Assembly: GCA_005772765.1 (NCBI GenBank)
Contig: SXIR01000099.1
Coordinates: 3,214 to 67,213 of the forward strand
Source: Actinomycetota bacterium
GTDB taxonomy: Bacteria > Actinomycetota > Acidimicrobiia > IMCC26256 > PALSA-610
Length of the DNA stretch: 64,000 bases
Direction of reading: 5' to 3'
This document shows, in pieces, positions 17,843-26,510 of the stretch (positions within the stretch are counted from its first letter, which is position 1; every line of letters begins with the position of its first letter). Made by a program: the position numbers and the translations under genes. The notes below the pieces were generated by a model that saw nothing but the letters and a program-made list of their open reading frames with translations, was not told the origin of the DNA and searched no databases.

Positions 17843-17855
17843 CGCCAGCGTCAGG
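17838..17855. promoter_or_regulatory. Inverted repeat CCTGACGC-CA-GCGTCAGG (8-bp arms), 28 nt upstream of the MaoC-like ATG
   Basis: Direct reading. It contains the LysM TGA stop. A TAGGTT -10-like hexamer lies at 17824-17829, just upstream. Confidence 0.45.
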
Positions 17856-17883
17856 CACCACAGCCGACTCCTCGGAGGCCGAC

Positions 17884-18387
17884 ATGGCGCTGTTCGAACT
17901 CAAGGGCCGAGACATGGGCTCGCAGACGGTCGTGATCGAACGCGGCCCGGTCAAGGTGTTCGGCGAAGCAATCGGTGACACCACGGGTACCTACGCCCAA
18001 GCCGTCGCACCGGTGCCGCCGACCTTTCCGTTCGTCATGCCGTACTGGGGATCGATGGGCCAAGGCGGCGCAGCCGGACTCCCGATCGAGAACCTGCGCG
18101 GCAAAGGTCGGGCGATCCTGCACGGCGAACAAGAGTTCATCTTCTTCGATGGCCGCTGGCCCCACGTCGGCGACGTGCTCGTCGGCCGAGGTGTCGTCTC
18201 CGACGTCTACGAGAAACCCAAGAGCGATGGCGGCAAGCTCGAGTTCTACGTGACCGAGACGACGTGGTCGCACGAAGCGACCGGCGAACCGGTGTGCGCG
18301 ACCAAGTTCACGCTGGCCATCAACTGCAAGCCAGGTGCCGACGAAGCCACACCGCTCGCGCAAGACTCCTCGTCTGACTCGCCGTGA
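17884..18387 (+). CDS. MaoC-like dehydratase, N-terminal-type hot-dog subunit (HadA/ChsH1-like)
   Basis: RBS GGAGG. PPTFPFV... and ILHGEQEF motifs are typical of the MaoC_dehydrat_N / FAS1-like dehydratase family. Confidence 0.8.
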   Translation: MALFELKGRDMGSQTVVIERGPVKVFGEAIGDTTGTYAQAVAPVPPTFPFVMPYWGSMGQGGAAGLPIENLRGKGRAILHGEQEFIFFDGRWPHVGDVLVGRGVVSDVYEKPKSDGGKLEFYVTETTWSHEATGEPVCATKFTLAINCKPGADEATPLAQDSSSDSP

Positions 18388-18854
18388 CCGCGCCGCGCCG
18401 CTGGGACACCGACAACCGTGGCCGCGGCGTCGCAAGCGCTCGCGCCTTCGCCGCGCCGATCCTCGACCTCATCCTCGCAGCCGGTGAGCCCGACTGGGTC
18501 GCCGAAGAACCCGACACCCATCTGCTCCCGCACGTCCGTCGAGAGTGCGAAGACGACCACTCGCCCGTCCATTTCACCGACGCCAGGTTCGTCGATGGCC
18601 TCTACGTCATCGAACTCGAATGGCTGTCCTCGTCAGTGCACGCCCGAGAGATTCGGGCCGTTGCGTACCGCCTCATCGGATCGATTGCCGAGTCGTCCAC
18701 GAACGTCGTCGAACGCGTCGACGGCTGGACCGTGCTGTACGACATCGTCACCGGCATGGTCGCCGGTCAGACCCGCTGGGCACCGCACGGTCACGCGATC
18801 CAGCTTCGCATCGGCGGCGACGCCGTGCGCACGATGCTCGAACAACGACCGTGA
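18384..18854 (+). CDS. Hypothetical protein
   Basis: GTGA overlap with the upstream gene. High-GC3 codon pattern. No recognisable motif. Confidence 0.55.
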   Translation: MTAPRRWDTDNRGRGVASARAFAAPILDLILAAGEPDWVAEEPDTHLLPHVRRECEDDHSPVHFTDARFVDGLYVIELEWLSSSVHAREIRAVAYRLIGSIAESSTNVVERVDGWTVLYDIVTGMVAGQTRWAPHGHAIQLRIGGDAVRTMLEQRP

Positions 18855-18867
18855 CCGGGAGCACCGA

Positions 18868-19344
18868 ATGACGAATCGCCTCGAAGACCGCGCCGCCATC
18901 ATCGATCTGATGCACGCCTACGCCTGGGCGATCGACGAACTCGACCTCGACGCGCTCGACGACGTGTTCACTGCCGACGCCTACCTCGACTACTCGTCGA
19001 ACCCCGGAGGGTACGAAGGCCACCTCCCTGACGCGAAGGCGTGGCTGCTCGCCAACCTCTCGTGTTTCGTAGTCCGCCAGCACTCGATGGCCAACACCAT
19101 GATCACCTTCGTCGACGACAACCACGCACGCGCTCGCACGATGGTGAACAATCCGATGGGCGCACGCACGCGGAGTCGTCGACCCCACATGTTCACCGTC
19201 GGAGCCCGCTACGACGACGAACTGGTGCGGACCGGCGCCGGCTGGCGTATCGCTCGACGCGTCGAAACGTTCTTGTTTCTCGACGGTGACCTTCCGCCTG
19301 AGTTGATCGGCCCGCCCGAGGCCGGGAGCGACTCCCCCGCGTGA
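18868..19344 (+). CDS. NTF2/SnoaL-like fold protein
   Basis: ATG at 18868 (residue 151 of ORF 18418..19344). The DRAAIIDLMHAYAWAIDELDLDALDDVFTADA signature is typical of SnoaL_4/NTF2-like proteins. Confidence 0.75.
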   Translation: MTNRLEDRAAIIDLMHAYAWAIDELDLDALDDVFTADAYLDYSSNPGGYEGHLPDAKAWLLANLSCFVVRQHSMANTMITFVDDNHARARTMVNNPMGARTRSRRPHMFTVGARYDDELVRTGAGWRIARRVETFLFLDGDLPPELIGPPEAGSDSPA

Positions 19345-20165
19345 CCGAACCGCGCCTTCGTCACGGTGCCGACTTCGACCCCCCGCTCGCCGACCGGGTC
19401 GACGTCTATCGGCGTCGTATCGTCGTCACCGCCATCGACGCCACCACCGTGCGCAGCGTGCTCGAAGACGACTTTCACCACTTCGAGGTGACCTTGCGTC
19501 ACGATGGTCGTCGGATCGTCGACGTGCGCAACGATTCCCATCGCTACCCGTGGACGACGTGTCCGGCCGCGGCGGTCAACCTCGCGCAGTTGGTCGGTGC
19601 CGATCTCTCACCTCGGTTCACCCACGCCGCTCGAGTCGCGAGCGCGCAGCACAACTGCACACACCAGTTCGACGCCGCGGCCCACGCCATCACCGCGGCA
19701 TCGACCGGACGGCACTACCGCCAGTACGACTGCGAGATCGCGTCGCTGCTGACCGCTCCACCCGGTGAATATCGCAACCGCGTCTGGGTCGACGGTGTCC
19801 TCGCCCACGATTGGGGCGTCACCGCCGGACGGGGCGCGACCGCGCTGCCGGCCCCGTTCGACCGCGCGCCATGGAAGGGCGGCTTCATGCGCTGGGCCGA
19901 TGAGCATCTCGATCCCGATCGCGCCGAGATTGCGATCGTCCTGCGACGCGCCTGCGATATCGGCATGGGACGCGGCATGCCCCTCGATGCAATCCCGATC
20001 GCGAGCGACCTGCTCGCGACGATGCAGGGGGTGTGCCATTCGATGCAGCCAGATGTCGCTCCGGCCGGCGTCCGCAACGTCGGCAGCATTCGCGATTTTG
20101 CCGAGCGAGCCGATGCGCTCGCAACGGATCCGAAGCGCGAGCGCACCACGGTGTTCAGGCACTGA
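19341..20165 (+). CDS. DUF2889-like protein
   Basis: GTGA overlap with the upstream gene. The LEDDFHHFEVTL motif resembles DUF2889; this is recognition from memory only. Confidence 0.6.
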   Translation: MTEPRLRHGADFDPPLADRVDVYRRRIVVTAIDATTVRSVLEDDFHHFEVTLRHDGRRIVDVRNDSHRYPWTTCPAAAVNLAQLVGADLSPRFTHAARVASAQHNCTHQFDAAAHAITAASTGRHYRQYDCEIASLLTAPPGEYRNRVWVDGVLAHDWGVTAGRGATALPAPFDRAPWKGGFMRWADEHLDPDRAEIAIVLRRACDIGMGRGMPLDAIPIASDLLATMQGVCHSMQPDVAPAGVRNVGSIRDFAERADALATDPKRERTTVFRH

Positions 20166-21009
20166 CGAGATCGGCGAGCCTGCGCAATCCCGACGCGGCC
20201 TCGCGACCACGCGACCACGGGCTCACGATCACTCGGGTCACGCCGACGTCTCGCCACCGGTCGAGGTCGTCACGCGTCGTGATCGCGCCCCCGACCGTCA
20301 CATCGAAGCCCTCGAGATTGCGTCCGTCGCGCGCCCGTGCCGCACGTAAGGCGTCGACGTGGCGCGCCGCCGACTCGAACGAATGCCCCATGCCGACCCA
20401 GCCGTCACCCAGGCGCGCTGCCCGCCGGATCGCCGCGGGCGACTCGCCCCCGACCAAGACCGGCGGGTGCGGTTGCTGCACCGGCTTGGGTTCGAACACG
20501 ACGCCATCGAAGGTGAAGTGCTCGCCGTGGTGGGTCACGACGGGCTCGGTCCACAGGCGTTTGCACACCTCGATGCACTCGTCGACCCGACCAGCCCGCG
20601 TCGCGAAGTCGAGTTCGGCCGCGTTCCACTCTTGTTCGAGCCAACTCGCTCCGACGCCGAAGATCGCACGCCCGCCGCTCACGATGTCGAGTGTCTGCAC
20701 GGCGCGGGCGGCAACGAACGGGTGTCGCAGCCCGATGTTGTAGACGTGGGTGGCGAGCCGAATCCGCTGGGTACGGCCCGCCAAGAACGCGAGGTACGCG
20801 AACGCGTCGAAAACTGGCGTCTCGGGTGGCACGGGCGGGTGCGCCTGGCCGGCGTAGGGCGACCGCTGCATCGTGGTCGTGAAGACGAGGTGCTCGGGCA
20901 GCCAGACGCTCTCGAAACCGAGTTCGTCGCCCAGGGTGGCGAGCTCCGCGTGGAAGTAGGGGTTCACGGCGCCGAACGCAACGCCGATGGCGACGGGCAA
21001 CTCGTGCAT
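20155..21009 (-). CDS. LLM-class F420-dependent oxidoreductase
   Basis: ATG at 21009 (residue 46 of the ORF). ESVWLPEHLVF, GVGASWLEQEW, DGWVG motifs. Confidence 0.85.
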   Translation of the reverse strand: MHELPVAIGVAFGAVNPYFHAELATLGDELGFESVWLPEHLVFTTTMQRSPYAGQAHPPVPPETPVFDAFAYLAFLAGRTQRIRLATHVYNIGLRHPFVAARAVQTLDIVSGGRAIFGVGASWLEQEWNAAELDFATRAGRVDECIEVCKRLWTEPVVTHHGEHFTFDGVVFEPKPVQQPHPPVLVGGESPAAIRRAARLGDGWVGMGHSFESAARHVDALRAARARDGRNLEGFDVTVGGAITTRDDLDRWRDVGVTRVIVSPWSRGREAASGLRRLADLVSA

Positions 21010-21020
21010 TCCAGCCTCGC

Positions 21021-21962
21021 TCAGAACGTCGTGAATGCGCCGTCGGCCTGACGGATCCAGCCCGCGGCCGCGGCGTTGCCGCCGTCGACGTGCACCGTGG
21101 ATCCAGTGACGAACCGAGACGCATCCGACGCGAGGTAGACGCACGCAGCCGCGACGTCGTCGGCATGGCCGTCGATCGGCAGCGGCGTGTGGCGGCCGAA
21201 GTCGGCGTTGCCCAGGCCGGGGGTCGGGATGACGTCCATCGCCACGCAGTTCACCCGGATCAGCCGGCCGCCCAGTTCGAGCGCAAGCGAACGAGACAAC
21301 GACACGACGGCAGTTTTCATTGCGGCGTAGATCGCGAATCCGGGCGCGGCGCGGTGCGCTTCGATCGAGGTCATGTTCACGATCGAACCGCCAGTCGACG
21401 GAACGTGCGGCACGACCGCACGGACATAGTTCGTGACCGACGTGAAGTTCTCGCGCACCAGCGCGTCCTGGCCCTTGGCGCTGATATCGACGAAGTTCGA
21501 GGCAAACCCGCCCCCGGCATTGTTGACGAGTACGTCGATCCGTCCGAAGTCAGCCACCACCGCGTCGACGTGCGCGTCAACGGCGGACGTGTCGCGAACA
21601 TCGAGCACCGTCGCGTGGGCGCGGCGGCCACGATCGACGATCGCCGTGTGCACCTCCGCCAGACCGTCGGCGTTGCGGTCACAGATCGCGAGGTCGGCGC
21701 CGAAGTTGGCCAAGGCGATCGCGCACGCGCGGCCGATTCCCGCAGCCGCACCGGTGACCAATGCCACACGGCCGTCCAGTCCGAAATGCTCCGGCCTGAA
21801 TCCCCGAACGTCTCTGGGGCTCCCGTCGGCGACCACGTTCCGACTGTAACCGCGAGGCCCGGCCGACCGGTTGGTCACCCCGTCGGTGTAATCGGCGACG
21901 GCCGACCTTCGTTGTGCCAGCAACCCCCACCGCCGGGGGCATCCGACTACGAAAGAGGTCAT
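21021..21962 (-). CDS. SDR family oxidoreductase (start uncertain)
   Basis: VTGAAAGIG, NNAGG, YAAMK motifs. ATG 21962 gives a 50-aa N-terminal extension. An in-frame GTG at 21836 is an alternative start. Confidence 0.8.
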   Translation of the reverse strand: MTSFVVGCPRRWGLLAQRRSAVADYTDGVTNRSAGPRGYSRNVVADGSPRDVRGFRPEHFGLDGRVALVTGAAAGIGRACAIALANFGADLAICDRNADGLAEVHTAIVDRGRRAHATVLDVRDTSAVDAHVDAVVADFGRIDVLVNNAGGGFASNFVDISAKGQDALVRENFTSVTNYVRAVVPHVPSTGGSIVNMTSIEAHRAAPGFAIYAAMKTAVVSLSRSLALELGGRLIRVNCVAMDVIPTPGLGNADFGRHTPLPIDGHADDVAAACVYLASDASRFVTGSTVHVDGGNAAAAGWIRQADGAFTTF

Positions 21963-21965
21963 CGC

Positions 21966-22370
21966 ATGCGTCGATTGTTGGCTGGGCTGTTGCTCGGCAC
22001 CGCTGCGCTCGTGTCCGTCGCACCGGTCGCATCGGCCGAAGGTTCGACCGACCCTGCACCCCCCGAAAAGATCGAGTTGCGCTGCCGAAAGGCGGTCATC
22101 GTCGTCGAGCGCGACGGCGAACAGAGCCGCAAGCTCGTGATCGGCTGTCGTTGGTCAGGTTCGGAGCACCCGGACTTCGCTCGGTACCGACTCGTCCGCA
22201 AGGTCGACGAGCAGCCGCGCATGATCGTGTTCCGCAGCGACAACCAAGACCGGCACCGGTTCATCGACCGTCGCGTTCGCAAGGGACACGAGTACACGTA
22301 CCGCCTCGTCGTTGTCGACGACGAAGGCACCGTGATCGGCTTGTCCAACAAAGCCATGGTGACCACCTGA
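21966..22370 (+). CDS. Small secreted protein with an FN3-like domain
   Basis: ATG at 21966. Signal peptide MRRLLAGLLLGTAALVSVAPVASA. The RWSGSEHPDFARYRLVR...YTYRLVVVDDEG pattern is present. Confidence 0.65.
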   Translation: MRRLLAGLLLGTAALVSVAPVASAEGSTDPAPPEKIELRCRKAVIVVERDGEQSRKLVIGCRWSGSEHPDFARYRLVRKVDEQPRMIVFRSDNQDRHRFIDRRVRKGHEYTYRLVVVDDEGTVIGLSNKAMVTT

Positions 22371-22424
22371 ACGAGTGTCACATTTCGCCTGCGGGTCGGC
22401 GGCGACCGTGAATCCAGGACCACA

Positions 22425-23042
22425 ATGGTGGTTGTGGATCCGGGTGCCGCCGACGACGCAGTCGCTTCGCGATCGTCGGGCGGAACGCCGCCCCCGCCCG
22501 GCGATCGTGACCTCGTCGCGCGAGCACGTACCGATGCTGATGCGTTCGCTGAGCTGTACCGCCGTCATGTGCACGACGTGCACGCCTACATCACGCGCCG
22601 TTGCGGCTCGCCGACGCTCGCCGATGACATCACTGCGGCGGCGTTCGAGCGGGCATTGCGCAACCTCGATGGGTTCGAGTGGCGTGACGCCGGATTCCGG
22701 GGCTGGTTGTTTCGCATCGCGGGCAACGAACTGGTCGATCACCACCGCCGCATCGGCGCCGAACGACGGCGCGACGTCCGACTGGGGGCTCGTCGAACCG
22801 AATCGGCCGACGATCCCGCCGACCTCGTCACCCAAGCCGGCGACGACGCGACGGCGGCGCGACTGCGGACGGCGCTCGCTCGCATCGCACCGCGTTACCA
22901 AGAAGCAGTCGCGCTGCGGCACTTGTCGGGGCTCGACCCAGGTGAGGCCGCACGGGTGATGAACGTGAGCAAACCCACCTACGCCGTGCTGCTCCATCGG
23001 GCGATGAAGGCACTCGAACGCGAACTGGAGGCGGGATCATGA
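22425..23042 (+). CDS. ECF-type RNA polymerase sigma-70 family factor
   Basis: Region 2 (FRGWLFRIAGNELVDHHRR) and region 4 HTH (LSGLDPGEAARVMNVSKPTYAVLLHRA). Confidence 0.9.
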   Translation: MVVVDPGAADDAVASRSSGGTPPPPGDRDLVARARTDADAFAELYRRHVHDVHAYITRRCGSPTLADDITAAAFERALRNLDGFEWRDAGFRGWLFRIAGNELVDHHRRIGAERRRDVRLGARRTESADDPADLVTQAGDDATAARLRTALARIAPRYQEAVALRHLSGLDPGEAARVMNVSKPTYAVLLHRAMKALERELEAGS

Positions 23043-24178
23043 GCCGACCCAATCGCGACGAAATCCGACGCGCACTCGACGCCTTGGGCACGAGCGACGT
23101 CGCGGCTCCCGACCTGACTGCTCTCGACGCCACCGAGGCGCGTCTGCGGTCGGTGCACGCGCACATGGCCGCCTCGCCGTCCGCGCCGACCACGACCGGA
23201 GCGCGATTCGCGGCTCGGCGTGCGATCGTCGGGTCGGCACTCGCAAGCGCGCTCGCGCTCGGCGCCCTGTTGGCGTTCGCGATGACGCGCAACGACACAA
23301 CAACGACGCTCGCGCTCGAGGTCACCGCCGCCGAGCACGCCTACATCATCCTTCCCGATGGCAGTCGGATCCCGGCCACCGCCGGGGTCGCGGTGCCCAA
23401 CGGTGCCCGCCTCGTCGTCGACGAGGACGGTTCGGTGACGATCGATGGGGTCGTGATCGGCCCGGGAGAAACCGGCACGGTCATCGACGGGAAGGTGTCG
23501 ATCGACGACGATGCGAGCGATCCCGACGGGCCGAACCGAACGTCCGACGAGACGCCGACCAACCCCTCCGCCGTTCCCACGGCTCCCTCGGGCAGCGATC
23601 CGGGTCGCGACCCCGACGACACCCAGGACAGCACGCCGCGCACCACCGCATCCAGCCCCACCACGACGACTGCCGGGAACCCGACGACCACCACTGCTCC
23701 GCCAACGACGACCACGCCGCCGACAACGGTCGCGCCGGCGCCCACCGAGATCACCCGGCTGGGCGGAGGGACCCGCGTCGTCGACGGTCAGGTACGCGTG
23801 CGTTGGGATCCGTACCTCGGCGACGACTTCGCCGGCTACGCCGTGCTCGCTCGCTACGACGGCGGGCGCCCCCGGCCCGCAAACCCACAAACGGTGATAC
23901 TCGCTCGGATCCGTGGTCGCGACGTCGCGCAGTTCCGCACGCCATTCGTGGCCGGGATGACGATCCGAGTCATTGCGGTCGACTCCGACCGCACGGTCGT
24001 CGCGTCGACGCGTGTCTTCGCTCCGACCCTCGAGCCCCGCACCGATCCGACCACGACAACCACCGCAACCACCACAACCACCCCGGCGGCAACGACGACG
24101 TCAGCAACGATGCCGGTCTTGGCGCAGTCGACGGTCGCGGCTCCACCGACGAGTCGACCGCCGAACCGAAACCCGTAG
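23039..24178 (+). CDS. Putative anti-sigma factor: single TM, Thr/Pro-rich linkers, FN3-like ectodomain
   Basis: ATGA overlap with the sigma gene. TM segment IVGSALASALALGALLAFAM. The ectodomain motif RWDPYLGDDFAGYAVLARY...IRVIAVDSD is similar to the 21966 protein. Confidence 0.65.
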   Translation: MSRPNRDEIRRALDALGTSDVAAPDLTALDATEARLRSVHAHMAASPSAPTTTGARFAARRAIVGSALASALALGALLAFAMTRNDTTTTLALEVTAAEHAYIILPDGSRIPATAGVAVPNGARLVVDEDGSVTIDGVVIGPGETGTVIDGKVSIDDDASDPDGPNRTSDETPTNPSAVPTAPSGSDPGRDPDDTQDSTPRTTASSPTTTTAGNPTTTTAPPTTTTPPTTVAPAPTEITRLGGGTRVVDGQVRVRWDPYLGDDFAGYAVLARYDGGRPRPANPQTVILARIRGRDVAQFRTPFVAGMTIRVIAVDSDRTVVASTRVFAPTLEPRTDPTTTTTATTTTTPAATTTSATMPVLAQSTVAAPPTSRPPNRNP

Positions 24179-24179
24179 C

Positions 24180-24944
24180 TCAGTCGAACAGATCGGGTTG
24201 TTCGCGGGTGATCCAGTCGTACAACGGCTGGAACGAGAAGTAACACGCGATCGGCGTGCCGACCTGGGCGTGGGTGAGTCGCGCGACGTCGTCGGCAATC
24301 TTGATCGGGGTACCCGCGGCTTCCGCGAGCAACTGGGCCTGGCAGGTCCGTTCCATCGTGATGAACGACCAGCACGCTTCGTCGACCGAGTACCCGGTCG
24401 TGAGCAGACCGTGGTTCTGCAAGATGGCGGCCTTCTTCGCGCCCAACTTCTCGGCGATGCGTTTGCCTTCGGAGAGGTCGTTCACGACCCCCGTGAAGTC
24501 GTCGAACAACACGTGATCGTCGAAGAACGCACACGAATCCTGGGTCAGCGCGTCGAGCGGTCGCCCGAGCGATGACCACGCTTTACCGTAGATCGAGTGG
24601 CTGTGCGCGGCCGCGACGACGTCGGGACGCGCTTGGTGCACCTGGGAGTGGATCGCGAACGCAGCTCGGTTGACCAAGGCGTTGCCCTCGACGACATCGC
24701 CCGTGTGATCGACGCAGATGAGATCGCTCACCTTGATGAACTTGAAGTTCATCCCGAAGGGGTTGAGCCAGAAGCGATCTGCGTGCTCGGGGTCGCGCAC
24801 CGTGATGTGGCCTGCGACCCCTTCGTCGAATCCGAACTTGCCGAACAACCGAAACGCGGCCGCCAAACGTTGCTTGCGGTGCAGCCGTTCGGCGTCGACG
24901 TTCGGAAATGTCGGCAGGTACGAAAGGTCGATGGTCGCGGTCAT
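24180..24944 (-). CDS. Class II aldolase/adducin family protein
   Basis: GHITVRDP, AAHSHS and ILQNHGLLT motifs. Confidence 0.9.
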   Translation of the reverse strand: MTATIDLSYLPTFPNVDAERLHRKQRLAAAFRLFGKFGFDEGVAGHITVRDPEHADRFWLNPFGMNFKFIKVSDLICVDHTGDVVEGNALVNRAAFAIHSQVHQARPDVVAAAHSHSIYGKAWSSLGRPLDALTQDSCAFFDDHVLFDDFTGVVNDLSEGKRIAEKLGAKKAAILQNHGLLTTGYSVDEACWSFITMERTCQAQLLAEAAGTPIKIADDVARLTHAQVGTPIACYFSFQPLYDWITREQPDLFD

Positions 24945-24954
24945 GGCGACGAGA

Positions 24955-26415
24955 TTAGGTCGCGGGATACCCGATCGTCTTGGTCTCGAGATACTCCTCG
25001 AAACCAGCGACGCCGTGCTCGCGGCCCGTGCCGCTCTCCTTGTAGCCGCCGAAGGGCGAGTCGGGACCGAACCACTGGCCGCCGTTCACACTCATCGTGC
25101 CGGAGCGGATGCGGCGCGCGACGTTCATCGCCCGGTCGAGCGACGCCGACACCACCGAGCCGGAAAGCCCGTAGCGAGAGTCGTTGGCGATGCGGACGGC
25201 GTCGTCGTCGTCATCGTAGGGAATCACGGCGAGCACCGGCCCGAAAATCTCCTCTTGCGCGATCGTGGAGTCGGGCTTGACGTCCACGAACAAGGTCGGC
25301 TGCACGAAGTACCCGCGCTCGAACTGTTCGGCAGCCGCTCCGCCAACGAGACAGCGCGCGCCTTCGGCTTTCCCGCGCTCGATGTAACCCAGCACGCGTT
25401 CACGTTGCTTCGCGTTGATCAGCGGTCCGGCGAGATTGCCGAGGTCGTTGGGGTCGCCGTACGCAAAGTTCTCGAACGAGGCCTTGACGATCTCGACCCC
25501 TTCGTCGTAACGGGATCTCGGCAACAACATGCGCGTCGTGATTGCGCACCCCTGGCCGCTGTGCATGCAGACCATGCCCGCACTCGCAAGCGCAGCGTCG
25601 AAGTTGGCATCGTCCAAGATGATGTTCGCGCTCTTCCCGCCGAGTTCGAGGAACACGCGTTTGAGATTCGCGGCCGATCGCTCGGTGATGCGCTTGCCGA
25701 TGGCCGATGATCCGGTGAACGAGATCATGTCGACATCGTCGGAGCCGGTGAGCACCTCAGCAACTTCGGCGGGGTCGCTCGCGGTCACCACGTTCAGCAC
25801 TCCGGCCGGAATGTCGGTGTGTTCGGCCGCCATCCGTCCGATCCACGTCGCAGAGAACGGCGTGTCCGGCGCCGGCTTCAACACGACCGTGCAGCCCGCG
25901 GCGAGCGCCGGGGTGATCTTGGAGAGGTTGAGCATGAACGGAAAGTTCCAGGGCGTGATCGCGCCAACCACACCAATGGGTTCCCGGACCACGACGCGGT
26001 TGCTGCGGATTCCGAAGAACTCGTGCGGGCCGAGTTCACGCTCCCACTCGTAACGGTCGAGCAGATCGATGTCCCAGAGCATGTCGTCGATGCAGCTGTC
26101 CTGCTGGATCGCGTAGGTGAGCGCGATCGGAGCGCCGACTTCACCAACGATCTGTTCGCGCAACGCCTCGCGGTGTTCGCCGAGCGCTTCGCGCAGCTGG
26201 AGCAAGCAGCGCTTGCGCAACACCTTGTCGTTGGCCCAGTCGCTCTCGTCGAACGCCCGGCGCGCGGCACGAATCGCTCGTTCCATGTCCGCGGCGCTCG
26301 CGTCGGCGACCGAACCGATCGATTGCTCGGTCGCCGGGTTGATGTTCTCGTAGGTTCGTCCACCTTCTGCCTCGACCAACGCGCCGTCGATCAGCATGCG
26401 GGGTTCGAAGTCCAT
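24955..26415 (-). CDS. NAD(P)-dependent aldehyde dehydrogenase
   Basis: ATG at 26415 preceded by AGGAGG. FLELGGKSA and GQGCAITTR catalytic motifs. Confidence 0.9.
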   Translation of the reverse strand: MDFEPRMLIDGALVEAEGGRTYENINPATEQSIGSVADASAADMERAIRAARRAFDESDWANDKVLRKRCLLQLREALGEHREALREQIVGEVGAPIALTYAIQQDSCIDDMLWDIDLLDRYEWERELGPHEFFGIRSNRVVVREPIGVVGAITPWNFPFMLNLSKITPALAAGCTVVLKPAPDTPFSATWIGRMAAEHTDIPAGVLNVVTASDPAEVAEVLTGSDDVDMISFTGSSAIGKRITERSAANLKRVFLELGGKSANIILDDANFDAALASAGMVCMHSGQGCAITTRMLLPRSRYDEGVEIVKASFENFAYGDPNDLGNLAGPLINAKQRERVLGYIERGKAEGARCLVGGAAAEQFERGYFVQPTLFVDVKPDSTIAQEEIFGPVLAVIPYDDDDDAVRIANDSRYGLSGSVVSASLDRAMNVARRIRSGTMSVNGGQWFGPDSPFGGYKESGTGREHGVAGFEEYLETKTIGYPAT

Positions 26416-26434
26416 GGTGGTCCTCCTGGTCTGT

Positions 26435-26464
26435 GTCGTCGAGCGTCGTCGAGCGTCGTCGAGC
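26435..26464. repeat. 10-bp tandem repeat GTCGTCGAGC x3 in a divergent promoter region
   Basis: Direct reading. Lies between the ALDH start (26415, minus) and the Ppx start (26511, plus). Confidence 0.85.
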
Positions 26465-26510
26465 CGATTGTTCCGCCTCGTGGCGACGGCGACCCTATCG
26501 TCGCGCGTCA

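Noticed and set aside
22155-22997. A 280-aa minus-strand ORF across the ECF sigma gene
   Set aside because: It is antisense to a sigma factor with clear region 2 and region 4 motifs and has no motifs of its own.
23560-23740. Thr/Pro-rich stretches (also 24040-24120) as a DNA repeat or PE/PPE-like element
   Set aside because: They are in frame within the anti-sigma-like protein and encode low-complexity TTTP linkers. The nucleotide sequence is only loosely repetitive, so this is a protein linker and not a repeat element.
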